Assembly (NCBI GenBank): GCA_964412895.1
Contig: CAYPQK010000007.1
Coordinates: 1-51,353 of the forward strand
Source: an uncultured Spirochaetales bacterium
GTDB taxonomy: Bacteria > UBP6 > UBA1177 > JAKLFG01
Direction of reading: 5' to 3'
Length of the DNA: 51,353 bases
In this document: positions 8,101 through 16,126 of the stretch, piece by piece
Layout: each line of letters opens with the position of its first letter
How positions within the stretch are numbered: the stretch's first letter is position 1
Translations under genes and position numbers: made by a program
Notes under the pieces: model-generated
Seen by the model: only the letters and a program-made list of their open reading frames with translations
Told to the model about the DNA's origin: nothing
The model's database searches: none

Positions 8101-9471
8101 CTAGAACAGCCAGCCCATCTGATAGGGCACCGTGCGGATATCGAGTTCGCCGGGACGCCATGAGCGGACCGTCGCGGCGGGGCAGGTCTTGTCGTTAAGG
8201 TAGGAGAGCGCCGCCTTCAGCGAGCCCTCTTCCGGGTCGCCGAAATCGTGCGTCACATCGTCATCGGCGGCGCAGTCGGCCGGCATCCCGTCGAAATAGT
8301 CGCCATACGCGTCGGCGTTGGCCAGCTTGAAGGTTATCGGCACGAGGGTGTAATCGCAGTGGTTCATCGGGTTCATCCCGACCGGCTTGCCGTAGGTGGT
8401 GTCGCCGATGATGGCGACCTCGATGTAGGGCTTGAGTCCGTTGATGACCACTTCGGAGGCCGAGGCGGTGCCGCCGGTGGCGATGAAGACGACCTTCGTC
8501 AGTTCGAGGCTCTGGCTGTAGTCCTTGAAATGGTAGTCGCTGTTGTAGTCCTGATGCTTGCCGTTGTAGGTGAGCCGCGTGAAGAGTTTGTCCTTCAAGT
8601 CGCCGCCGGTGATGAGACTTGCGAGGTGCTCCGAGCCATCGAGCCAGCCGCCGCCGTTGTAGCGCAGATCGACCACCAGTTCGGTCACCCCGTCGGCCTT
8701 GAATTTGGTGAAGGCGGCGTCGAGTTCGTCGTTGGTCGAATTGATGAACGACTTGAGCATGAGGTAGCCGACCTTTTTCTCCCCCACCGCGAGTGTCGCC
8801 GCCTTGTAGATCGACGGCGCGGTCACATCGCCGGCGTAGAGGGTAAGCGTCTTCTCCTCCCCCGCCTCTTCGACGATATACACTATCGGGATCTCTTTCT
8901 CATCCTCCGGACGGGAGGTCACCGTGCCCCAGAGGTTCTGGTCCTCTATCTCCTGCACCGTCTTGCCGTCGATGGCCACTATCCGCTGGCCGCGCCGCAT
9001 GCCGGCGGTGTCGGCGGGGCCGCCCGGGATGACGAGCGTCACATAGACCATATACTCGGGCAGTTTGCGGAAGCCGAAGCCGAACCCGTAGTACCGGCCG
9101 CTGTAGTAGTCGTCGTGCGCCTCTTTCTTGGCGACATAACTGAAATGATCCGAGGTCTTATACATGATGCTGTGGAGGAACTCGTCGGGTTCCTGATCGC
9201 CCCGGAAGTCGATGCCGGTCGCCAGTTGGTCGTACCAGAGATACATATCCCACATCGTGTCGACGATCCAGAGGTTCACCTCGTCGAGCGAACAGGCGGC
9301 CAGCGCCGGTACCTTGTCGGGCATCCCGGCCGTATCCGCCGTCCAGTCGTAGCCGTTCCCCGCGCCGTAGTAGGAGCCGGAACCCCACGGGTGAAGCCGG
9401 TTGACATCGTTCTCGCAGGCGGCGATGAACAGGGCGGCAACGCCCGCCAACAGCGCGATGGATCGTTTCAT
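8101..9471 (-). CDS. S41-family (C-terminal processing / tail-specific) serine peptidase lipoprotein with PDZ domain
   Basis: Lipobox LFIAAC|EN. PDZ-like segment VIPGGPADTAGMRRGQRIVAIDGKTV. S41 core motifs DLRYNGGGW, TGGTASASE (Ser) and TYGKPVG (Lys). GGAGGAG RBS present. Confidence 0.8.
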   Translation of the reverse strand: MKRSIALLAGVAALFIAACENDVNRLHPWGSGSYYGAGNGYDWTADTAGMPDKVPALAACSLDEVNLWIVDTMWDMYLWYDQLATGIDFRGDQEPDEFLHSIMYKTSDHFSYVAKKEAHDDYYSGRYYGFGFGFRKLPEYMVYVTLVIPGGPADTAGMRRGQRIVAIDGKTVQEIEDQNLWGTVTSRPEDEKEIPIVYIVEEAGEEKTLTLYAGDVTAPSIYKAATLAVGEKKVGYLMLKSFINSTNDELDAAFTKFKADGVTELVVDLRYNGGGWLDGSEHLASLITGGDLKDKLFTRLTYNGKHQDYNSDYHFKDYSQSLELTKVVFIATGGTASASEVVINGLKPYIEVAIIGDTTYGKPVGMNPMNHCDYTLVPITFKLANADAYGDYFDGMPADCAADDDVTHDFGDPEEGSLKAALSYLNDKTCPAATVRSWRPGELDIRTVPYQMGWLF

Positions 9472-9547
9472 GGACTCCTCCGTTTCCCAAGATGAACGGC
9501 GCTATTCTACCTCGCCGCGCGCCGAATGCAACCCCCCTTCTCAAAGA

Positions 9548-9576
9548 TTGCAAACGGTGAGCGTCTGTGCTATAGT
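9548..9576 (+). promoter_or_regulatory. sigma70-like promoter with extended -10 (TTGCAA-N17-TGcTATAGT)
   Basis: TTGCAA at 9548-9553, a 17-nt spacer ending in TGc, then TATAGT at 9571-9576. It sits 36 nt upstream of ATG 9612. Confidence 0.5.
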
Positions 9577-9611
9577 CCCCCGTGTCGGTTGACTTTTCTC
9601 GAGGGGTCGTC

Positions 9612-11243
9612 ATGAAAAAGGCGTTATTGGCGGGTGTGGTGGTCGCGCTGGTCCTCGTGCCGGTCATGGTGGCGACGGCGGCCAAGAAAAAGCCCAAGGT
9701 CGCGGTGATGGAGATCGAAGACCGCTCGAAGAAATTCGACGCCGACACGATGGCCAACGCCACCGATATCTTCCGCTCCGAACTTTCGGCCACCCAGCGC
9801 TTTGTCGTCATCGATAAGACCAGCCAGCAGGCGAAGATGAAAGAGGCGATCAAGGCGGGCAAGAAGGAGTCGTTCGAGAAGTGTCAGGGACGCAACTGCG
9901 AGATACCGCTGGGCCAGACGCTCGCCGCCGACAATATCCTCAAGGCGACGGTGTCGTGTCTGGGCAAACGCTGCACGCTGGCGGCCGAGATGATCAGCAT
10001 CGCCAAGGAGGCGACCGTCGCGGGGGCGACCGGCGAATTTGACGGCACCCCGGAAGGAATGCTCCCCGCCATCAAGAAGGTGGTTGGCGAGATGGCCGAC
10101 ACGGCGGGCGGCGACTACAATGTCGAAGAACTCGATGTCAAGACGCTCTACGAGCAGGCGCAGGAGGCCGACCGTAACGGCACCGACGAACCCGAAAAAG
10201 CGATAGAGGCGTGGAAGAAGGTCGAAGAGATCGACACCAATAATCCCTACAAGACGCTCGCCAAGACCAAGGCGCGCGAATGGCAGACCTATATCAATCA
10301 GAAGGCGGAGCTCGAAAAGGGGCACGACGAGGATGTGGGCAGGCTTATCATGACGCTTCCCGACAAATCGGTCGGCTTCGAGGTGAAGAAGAAGTCGCTC
10401 CTCGCCTTCAAGGAAAAATACAGCAAAGTCTATGGCGAGAATGACTATCAGACGGTGCTGATGGCGGTCGCCGACCAGAAGTTGCGCCAGCGGCTCGAAA
10501 AGGCGATGCTCCCCGGTACGGCCGATGAGGCCGACAATCCCGACCTCGACATGGTGACCATACCGGCCGGCACTTTCACTATGGGTTGCACCGGCGACGA
10601 TTGTTCCGATGACTGCGAGAACAAGCACAAGGTCAGCCTTAACGAGTTCAAGATGGACAAGTACGAGGTGACGATCGAGAAATACCGTACCTGCGTCGAT
10701 GCCGGCAAATGCCCCGCCCCCGCCGATTTCAAGGACTGCAACTGGGCGGCCCAGACCAAGGAGGACCATCCGGTCAACTGCGTCTCGTGGCAGGATGCCG
10801 ACGCCTTCTGCAAATGGCAGGGGAAACGGCTGCCGACCGAGGCCGAACGGGAAAAGGCGGCGCGCGGCGAAAAAAGTCTCGTCTACCCGTGGGGTGATCA
10901 GGTGGCCGAATGCCGCTTCGTCGTCATGGACATGGGGACCCCCGGCTGTCAGAAGAACGGTACGCACGATATCAAGGCGAAGGATCGCGGCCAGAGTCCC
11001 TACGGCCTGTTCAACATGATCGGCAATGTGGCCGAATGGGTGACCGATTGGTACGACGACGATATTTATCCTTCCGGCGAACGGAAGAATCCGGTCTGCA
11101 CCAGCGGCAACAAGAAACAGGAAAAGGTGTTCCGCGGCGGTTCGTGGAAAACCTCGGTCCAAGCGAAGCTCAAATGCTATTCCCGCGACAAACTGCCGAT
11201 GACCCAGAAGAATCCCGAGATCGGCTTCCGCTGCGCCAAGTAA
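9612..11243 (+). CDS. secreted fusion protein: CsgG/LpoB-like N-module, helical linker, C-terminal formylglycine-generating-enzyme (SUMF1/FGE-sulfatase) domain
   Basis: ATG 9612 (MKKALLAG..., with GAGGGG RBS) is preferred over GTG 9582. The C-terminal half carries FGE-family motifs: MVTIPAGTFTMGC, HPVNCVSWQDADAFCKW, RLPTEAEREKAARG, NVAEWVTDWY, RGGSW, GFRCAK. Confidence 0.75.
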   Translation: MKKALLAGVVVALVLVPVMVATAAKKKPKVAVMEIEDRSKKFDADTMANATDIFRSELSATQRFVVIDKTSQQAKMKEAIKAGKKESFEKCQGRNCEIPLGQTLAADNILKATVSCLGKRCTLAAEMISIAKEATVAGATGEFDGTPEGMLPAIKKVVGEMADTAGGDYNVEELDVKTLYEQAQEADRNGTDEPEKAIEAWKKVEEIDTNNPYKTLAKTKAREWQTYINQKAELEKGHDEDVGRLIMTLPDKSVGFEVKKKSLLAFKEKYSKVYGENDYQTVLMAVADQKLRQRLEKAMLPGTADEADNPDLDMVTIPAGTFTMGCTGDDCSDDCENKHKVSLNEFKMDKYEVTIEKYRTCVDAGKCPAPADFKDCNWAAQTKEDHPVNCVSWQDADAFCKWQGKRLPTEAEREKAARGEKSLVYPWGDQVAECRFVVMDMGTPGCQKNGTHDIKAKDRGQSPYGLFNMIGNVAEWVTDWYDDDIYPSGERKNPVCTSGNKKQEKVFRGGSWKTSVQAKLKCYSRDKLPMTQKNPEIGFRCAK

Positions 11244-12538
11244 TGGCATCTCATCTTTTCCATCCCTGCTCCCAGATGAAAGATTATGACCAGTTCCCGC
11301 CGTTGGAAATAGTCCGCGCCGAAGGTTCGTATCTGTACACCGCCGACGGCAAACGGCTCATCGATCCGCTCTCGTCGTGGTGGTGCAAATCGCTCGGCCA
11401 CGGCCATCCGCGCATCAAGGCGGCGGTCACGGCGCAGGCGGATAAGTTCGAGCATGTCATCCTCGCCAACACCGTGAACCGCACCATCGCGGAACTCTCG
11501 GAACGGCTTGCGGCGCTCCTGCCGGGACGACGGCATGTCTTTTACGGCGGCGACGGCTCGACCGCCGTGGAGATCGCGCTCAAGATGGCGCTCCATGCGA
11601 TGCTGATCCGTGGCGAAACGAAGCGGACCCGTTTCATGGCGCTCGAGAATGGCTACCACGGCGAAACGGCGCTGACGCTCGCCGTCTCCGATCTCGGCAT
11701 CTATAAAGAACCATACCGGGCGCTCGCCCCCGACTACCCGATGCTCAAAGGCATCCCCTACTGCACCGGTCCGGACGACCCGCTCTTCACCGACTGCGGC
11801 GCGGCGTGGCCCGCGCTGGAAGCGCAACTGGAACGCGAGAAGGATACCCTCTGCGCCGTCATCGTTGAACCGGTCGTGCAGGGAGCCGGCGGGATGCTCA
11901 TCTACAGCGCCGACCTGTTACGGCGTTTGCGTACTTGGACCGAAAAGAACGGCATTTACCTCATCGCCGATGAGATCATGACCGGGTTTCATCGCACCGG
12001 CGCACCGCTTGCCTGCGATCATGCCGGGATAGCGCCCGACCTCGTCTGTCTTTCAAAGGGCCTTACCGCCGGATGGGCGGCGATGTCGGCGGTGGTGCTG
12101 TCGGGCGAACTCTACGATCTTTTCTACGCCGACTACGGCACCGGACGCGATTTCCTCCATTCGAACACCTACGCCGGGAACGCACTTGCGGCGGCGGCGG
12201 CGCTCGAGGCGCAGAAGATATATAAAGATGAAGGTATCGCCGGACGGGTCGCCGCGACCTCTCAGATACCTCAACGGCTCATGCAGGAGGTTGCCGCCGA
12301 AACGGGGATGCTCGAGAGTGTCCGCGGCATCGGGATGATCGCCGCCGCCGACATAAAACCGGAATTCATAAAAGCACCGCGATCCGGCTACCGTGTCTAC
12401 CGCCGCGCGATAGAGCTTGGCGCACTCCTGCGGCCGCTCGGGAATACTATCTACTGGCTGCCGCCGCTCAACATTTCAGTGGAAACGCTCGAAGAACTCA
12501 AAGAAATAACGGTCAGGGCGCTCCGGGATGTTTTGTAG
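11243..12538 (+). CDS. bioA: adenosylmethionine-8-amino-7-oxononanoate aminotransferase
   Basis: MASHLFHPCSQMKDYDQFPPLEIVRAEGSYLYTADGKRLIDPLSSWWCKSLGHGHP is a typical BioA N-terminus. DEIMTGFHRTG and the class-III aminotransferase lysine motif LSKGLT are present. ATG overlaps the upstream stop (TAATG). The 111-codon extension in the ORF track (10910) is spurious. Confidence 0.85.
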   Translation: MASHLFHPCSQMKDYDQFPPLEIVRAEGSYLYTADGKRLIDPLSSWWCKSLGHGHPRIKAAVTAQADKFEHVILANTVNRTIAELSERLAALLPGRRHVFYGGDGSTAVEIALKMALHAMLIRGETKRTRFMALENGYHGETALTLAVSDLGIYKEPYRALAPDYPMLKGIPYCTGPDDPLFTDCGAAWPALEAQLEREKDTLCAVIVEPVVQGAGGMLIYSADLLRRLRTWTEKNGIYLIADEIMTGFHRTGAPLACDHAGIAPDLVCLSKGLTAGWAAMSAVVLSGELYDLFYADYGTGRDFLHSNTYAGNALAAAAALEAQKIYKDEGIAGRVAATSQIPQRLMQEVAAETGMLESVRGIGMIAAADIKPEFIKAPRSGYRVYRRAIELGALLRPLGNTIYWLPPLNISVETLEELKEITVRALRDVL

Positions 12539-12558
12539 GGGCGCAATTCATTGCGCCC
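12539..12558 (+). terminator. GC-rich stem-loop abutting the bioA stop codon (putative 3'-end hairpin / REP-like unit)
   Basis: TAG then GGGCGCAA-TTCA-TTGCGCCC, an 8-9 bp perfect stem. No U-tract directly follows, so this is not a canonical intrinsic terminator. Confidence 0.4.
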
Positions 12559-12582
12559 TATATCGGGGAAACATCTTTTTTC

Positions 12583-12602
12583 GGGCGCGATGAATCGCGC
12601 CC
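12583..12602 (-). terminator. mirror-image GC-rich stem-loop abutting the ribF stop codon
   Basis: On the minus strand: TAG then GGGCGCGA-TTCA-TCGCGCCC. This is the same element as 12539-12558 in inverted orientation, with one compensatory base-pair change (A-T to G-C). Confidence 0.4.
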
Positions 12603-13544
12603 CTACCCTATCTCCGGTAATCCTTTCAGGTCGATACCGGCAAGGCGTTCCTGCGCAACGGCGATGTCCTGCGCGATCTTCTCCCGCAGTTTGTCGCGTG
12701 AACTGAACCGTATCTCGCGCCGTATCCGCGACAGAAAATAGACCGCCGCCCGTTCGTCGTACAACTCGGGCAGGATCACGCCGGGAACATGGGTCTCGAT
12801 GGTGCGGTTCGTCTCTTCGGCGTCTATGGTCGGGTTGGTGCCGATGTTGGTGACGGCGCCGTAACGCAGCCCCTTCACCACCAGCGCCGTCGCGTAGACG
12901 CCGTCAGGCGGCAGCAGTTTGTCGCCGGGGGCGAAGTTGACGGTGGGATAGCCGATATGGGTGCCGACCCGCCGTCCCCGCCGCACGATACCCGAAACGA
13001 CATAGGGATAGACCAGTAACGCGGCGGCCCGTTCGACCTCGCCGTTGAGGATGTATTCACGCACCGCGCTGGAACTCACCCGCATCGGGCCGTTGAGTAC
13101 CGGCGGCACCACGCGGGTCTCAATGGCGGTCCCTTTGCCCCACCACAGGAGGATGTCGGTGTTCCCCTCCTGATTCTTGCCGAAGTTGAAGTTGAACCCG
13201 ACGCTGATGGCGGTGAGCGCAAGCGACCGGTTGAGAAGATCGAGGAACTCGACCGCCGCCAGCGGCCGGAGCGGCTCGAATGGAAGTGCGAAAACCGCGT
13301 CGACCCCAAGCGCCGCGAAGAAGGCGAGCCGTTCCTCAAAGGTGGTCAGCATCCGCGGCGCGTAGCCGGGCTGGAGAACGGTGCGCGGATGGGGATCGAA
13401 GGTGATGACGGCGAGTGTGCCGTCATGCCGCTTCGCCTCGTCGAATATCGCGCGGTGGCCGATGTGGATGCCGTCGAAGTTACCGATGACCGCCGAGAAC
13501 CGTTCGTTCTTCGACGCGTCGGAAAGTGAGCGGTAGAGGCGCAT
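12603..13544 (-). CDS. ribF: bifunctional riboflavin kinase / FAD synthetase
   Basis: True start is MRLYRSLSDASKNERFSAVIGNFDGIHIGHRAIF (ATG 13544-13542). It overlaps the fba stop as TGATG. The FAD-synthetase N-domain and the riboflavin-kinase C-domain (GRRVGTHIGYPTVN) are recognisable. The 133-codon upstream extension in the track is spurious. Confidence 0.85.
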   Translation of the reverse strand: MRLYRSLSDASKNERFSAVIGNFDGIHIGHRAIFDEAKRHDGTLAVITFDPHPRTVLQPGYAPRMLTTFEERLAFFAALGVDAVFALPFEPLRPLAAVEFLDLLNRSLALTAISVGFNFNFGKNQEGNTDILLWWGKGTAIETRVVPPVLNGPMRVSSSAVREYILNGEVERAAALLVYPYVVSGIVRRGRRVGTHIGYPTVNFAPGDKLLPPDGVYATALVVKGLRYGAVTNIGTNPTIDAEETNRTIETHVPGVILPELYDERAAVYFLSRIRREIRFSSRDKLREKIAQDIAVAQERLAGIDLKGLPEIG

Positions 13545-14539
13545 CAGACCCGGTTGGCCGAGCCGAGAACGGCGGCGTTCTTGTGCTTGTAGAGCTCCTT
13601 GAGGGCGTCGCGGGCCGGGCCGAGGTATTTGCGCGGATCGAATTCGGCGGGCTTCTCGGCGAAAACCTTGCGGATGGCCGCCGTCATCGCGAGCCGTCCG
13701 TCGGAGTCGATGTTTATCTTGCAGACCGCCGATGCAGCCGCCTTGCGCAGTTGCTCTTCGGGTATGCCGACCGCGTTCTCCATCTTTCCGCCGTACTTGT
13801 TGATGATCTTGACCTGCTCGACCGGCACCGACGAGGAGCCGTGCAGGACTATCGGGAAACCGGGAAGCCGTTTCTCGACCTCTTCGAGGATGTCGAACCG
13901 GAGCGGCGGCGGGATGAGTATGCCGTCGGGCGACAGGGTGCACTGTTCCGGTTTGAACTTCGTCGCGCCGTGCGAGGTGCCTATCGAGATGGCGAGCGAA
14001 TCGACGCCGGTCTTCTTGACGAAATCGATCACCTCGTCGGGCTGGGTGTAGGTCGAATGTTCGGCCGACACATCATCCTCGATACCGGCGAGCTGGCCCA
14101 GTTCGCCTTCGACGGTGACATCGAACTTATGGGCATATTCGACCACCTGACGGGTCAGTTCGACATTCTTGTCGTAGGGGTGATGCGAACCGTCTATCAT
14201 GACCGACGAGAAGCCGTTGTCGATGCAGTCCTTGCACAGTTCAAGGGTGTCGCCGTGGTCGAGGTGGAGCGTGATCGGTATCTCGACGCCGAGCTTCTTG
14301 GCATATTCGACCGCCCCTTTGGCCATGTAACGCAGGAGTGTCGCGTCGGCGTATTTCCGGGCCCCCGACGATACCTGCAGTATCACCGGCGACCGCGTCT
14401 CGACACAGGCCGCGATGATCGCCTGCAGTTGTTCCATGTTGTTGAAGTTGTAGGCGGGGACGGCATATTTGCCCGCCATCGCCTTCTTGAACATCTCGCG
14501 GGTGTTGACCAGTCCCAACTCACGATAACTGACCGCCAT
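13544..14539 (-). CDS. fba: class II fructose-1,6-bisphosphate aldolase
   Basis: YAVPAYNFNNMEQLQAIIAAC, LHLDHG and HGSSSVP motifs. AGGGAGG RBS present. Confidence 0.85.
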   Translation of the reverse strand: MAVSYRELGLVNTREMFKKAMAGKYAVPAYNFNNMEQLQAIIAACVETRSPVILQVSSGARKYADATLLRYMAKGAVEYAKKLGVEIPITLHLDHGDTLELCKDCIDNGFSSVMIDGSHHPYDKNVELTRQVVEYAHKFDVTVEGELGQLAGIEDDVSAEHSTYTQPDEVIDFVKKTGVDSLAISIGTSHGATKFKPEQCTLSPDGILIPPPLRFDILEEVEKRLPGFPIVLHGSSSVPVEQVKIINKYGGKMENAVGIPEEQLRKAAASAVCKINIDSDGRLAMTAAIRKVFAEKPAEFDPRKYLGPARDALKELYKHKNAAVLGSANRV

Positions 14540-14555
14540 GAGAGCCTCCCTTAGG

Positions 14556-15353
14556 TTATTGCGTGCCTCTTTTCCGTCCCAGCAGGAACAGCGTCGTATA
14601 GGTAGCCGTCACGCCGTCGGCGCGCCGGTGTTCGGTGTCGTAGCGGTTGATGACCCGTTTGAGGTCGCGCGGCGGCAGAAGATCGCGGTGGGCGTTGGTC
14701 GCGCCGATCGCCTGTATCGACCGGAAGAAATGCAGGGTGTCGGGGTAGTGGACCGGCGCGTCGAGCACCGAATAATGTTCCACCGTGAAGCCACTGTCGA
14801 GCATCGTGCGGACCACCTCGTTCGCCTCGAACAGGCGCTGACCGGGGTAGGGACAGCCGACCGCACTCGCCACATGGTGCAGTTCGCGGAAGGTGCCGTC
14901 GACGAACAGGCAGAAGGCGAACAGCCCGTCGCGCTCCAGATGTCGCCGGATATTGAGGAACGGGTCGATGAGCGACGAGAACCACTGAAAGGTCGACGAT
15001 GAGAGGACGGCGTTGAACCGCTCGCCGAGCTGGAACCGCTCTCCGTCGAGTTCGCGCACCGTCAGGCCGGGGAAGTCGCCGTAGGTCTTCTGAAGCGCGC
15101 CGACCATCGCCGGGGCGACATCGGTCACCATGCCGCGCGAAACGCCGAGCTGGATGAGGTAGTCGGTCAGGAAGCCGGTCCCGGCGCCGATCTCGAGGAA
15201 CGGAGCGAGGCACTTGGTCTGAGGACAGTGGGTCTTGATGATGGCGGCCAGCTGTTGGGCATTACGCCGCTGGACGACCGCCGCCGCCTCGTAACTCTCC
15301 ACCGCTCGCGAAAAACTCGCGACAACCTTATCCTTGCGGACCTTATGCTCCAT
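14556..15353 (-). CDS. bioC: malonyl-[ACP] O-methyltransferase (SAM-dependent)
   Basis: Starts MEHKVRKDKVVASFSRAVESYEAAAVVQ, with SAM motif FLEIGAGTGFLTDYL. Overlaps bioH by 11 nt. The upstream 72 codons in the ORF track are spurious. Confidence 0.7.
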   Translation of the reverse strand: MEHKVRKDKVVASFSRAVESYEAAAVVQRRNAQQLAAIIKTHCPQTKCLAPFLEIGAGTGFLTDYLIQLGVSRGMVTDVAPAMVGALQKTYGDFPGLTVRELDGERFQLGERFNAVLSSSTFQWFSSLIDPFLNIRRHLERDGLFAFCLFVDGTFRELHHVASAVGCPYPGQRLFEANEVVRTMLDSGFTVEHYSVLDAPVHYPDTLHFFRSIQAIGATNAHRDLLPPRDLKRVINRYDTEHRRADGVTATYTTLFLLGRKRGTQ

Positions 15354-16035
15354 GAGAACCTCGTAGTGCGGTGAGTGTGGAGATGATGAGCGGCCGGTGG
15401 ACAAAAGGAAGCGCATGCCCGGTATCGACCGGCGTCGCGGCAGCCTGCGGGAGGATCTGTTGCCACGCCGCGACCGCCGCCGGGTCGACGATGACATCGC
15501 CCGCTCCGTGCAGGATGGCCACCGGCACCGTCGCGGGAAGCTCCGCCGCCGGGGTGCGCCATTTTTCAAGAAACGCCAACTGCGGCAGAAGCGTCGCCGG
15601 TTCGGTCGGCAGTGACGGCCCTACCGCGCGGCGGAAACGGGCAAGCCAGCCGTCGCGTATCTCGGCGGGGGTGAATAACTGTTTCTGGAAATCCTGCAAC
15701 ACCTTCAGGTCGCCCTGCGCCACGGCGTCGCGCAGTTCATGAAGCACCGAGAGCGGCTTTCCTTCGGGGAAAAGGTCGCTCGCGACATACGACGGGGAGG
15801 AGGAGATGAGCACCAGCCCCTTGACAAACGGGAAAGAACGCCGCAGCATCTCGACCGCGATCATCCCGCCCATCGACCAGCCGACGAGAATGGTCGGCTC
15901 GGTCAACTCGGGAAGCACCGGCGTGCCGTCATCGGAAAATCGGAGTGTCGGCATGAGGGCGTCGGGGAATTCGGAACGGTACTGATCCCATACCGCGCCG
16001 CCCGCCGCAAAGCCGTGTAGGAAAACTATCTGCAT
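15343..16035 (-). CDS. bioH: alpha/beta hydrolase, pimeloyl-[ACP] methyl ester esterase-like
   Basis: MQIVFLHGFAAGG and nucleophile elbow GWSMGG. Operonic with bioC. Confidence 0.65.
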   Translation of the reverse strand: MQIVFLHGFAAGGAVWDQYRSEFPDALMPTLRFSDDGTPVLPELTEPTILVGWSMGGMIAVEMLRRSFPFVKGLVLISSSPSYVASDLFPEGKPLSVLHELRDAVAQGDLKVLQDFQKQLFTPAEIRDGWLARFRRAVGPSLPTEPATLLPQLAFLEKWRTPAAELPATVPVAILHGAGDVIVDPAAVAAWQQILPQAAATPVDTGHALPFVHRPLIISTLTALRGSHGA

Positions 16036-16063
16036 CGTTCCATTACACCGTTTGAACGGGTGG

Positions 16064-16091
16064 AGTATAACACAATCAAAACAAAGGGCAA
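16064..16091 (-). promoter_or_regulatory. promoter cassette copy A (TTGCCC-N16-TATACT) upstream of bioH
   Basis: Minus strand reads CACTTTTCCACTAATATA-TTGCCC-tttgttttgattgtgt-TATACT-CC. There are 28 nt between the -10 and the bioH ATG. About 80% identical to the cassette at 18744-18792. Confidence 0.5.
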
Positions 16092-16126
16092 TATATTAGT
16101 GGAAAAGTGCGGTCCGAAAAAAAGCT

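Noticed and set aside
10910-11242. N-terminal 111-codon extension of the bioA ORF overlapping the FGE gene. Similar extensions exist for ribF (13545-13943), bioC (15354-15569), dut (40194-40313) and rpsO (37726-37755).
   Set aside because: The extensions are Arg/Pro-rich nonsense overlapping real genes. In each case a canonical family N-terminus begins at an internal ATG with an RBS or a coupled stop/start.
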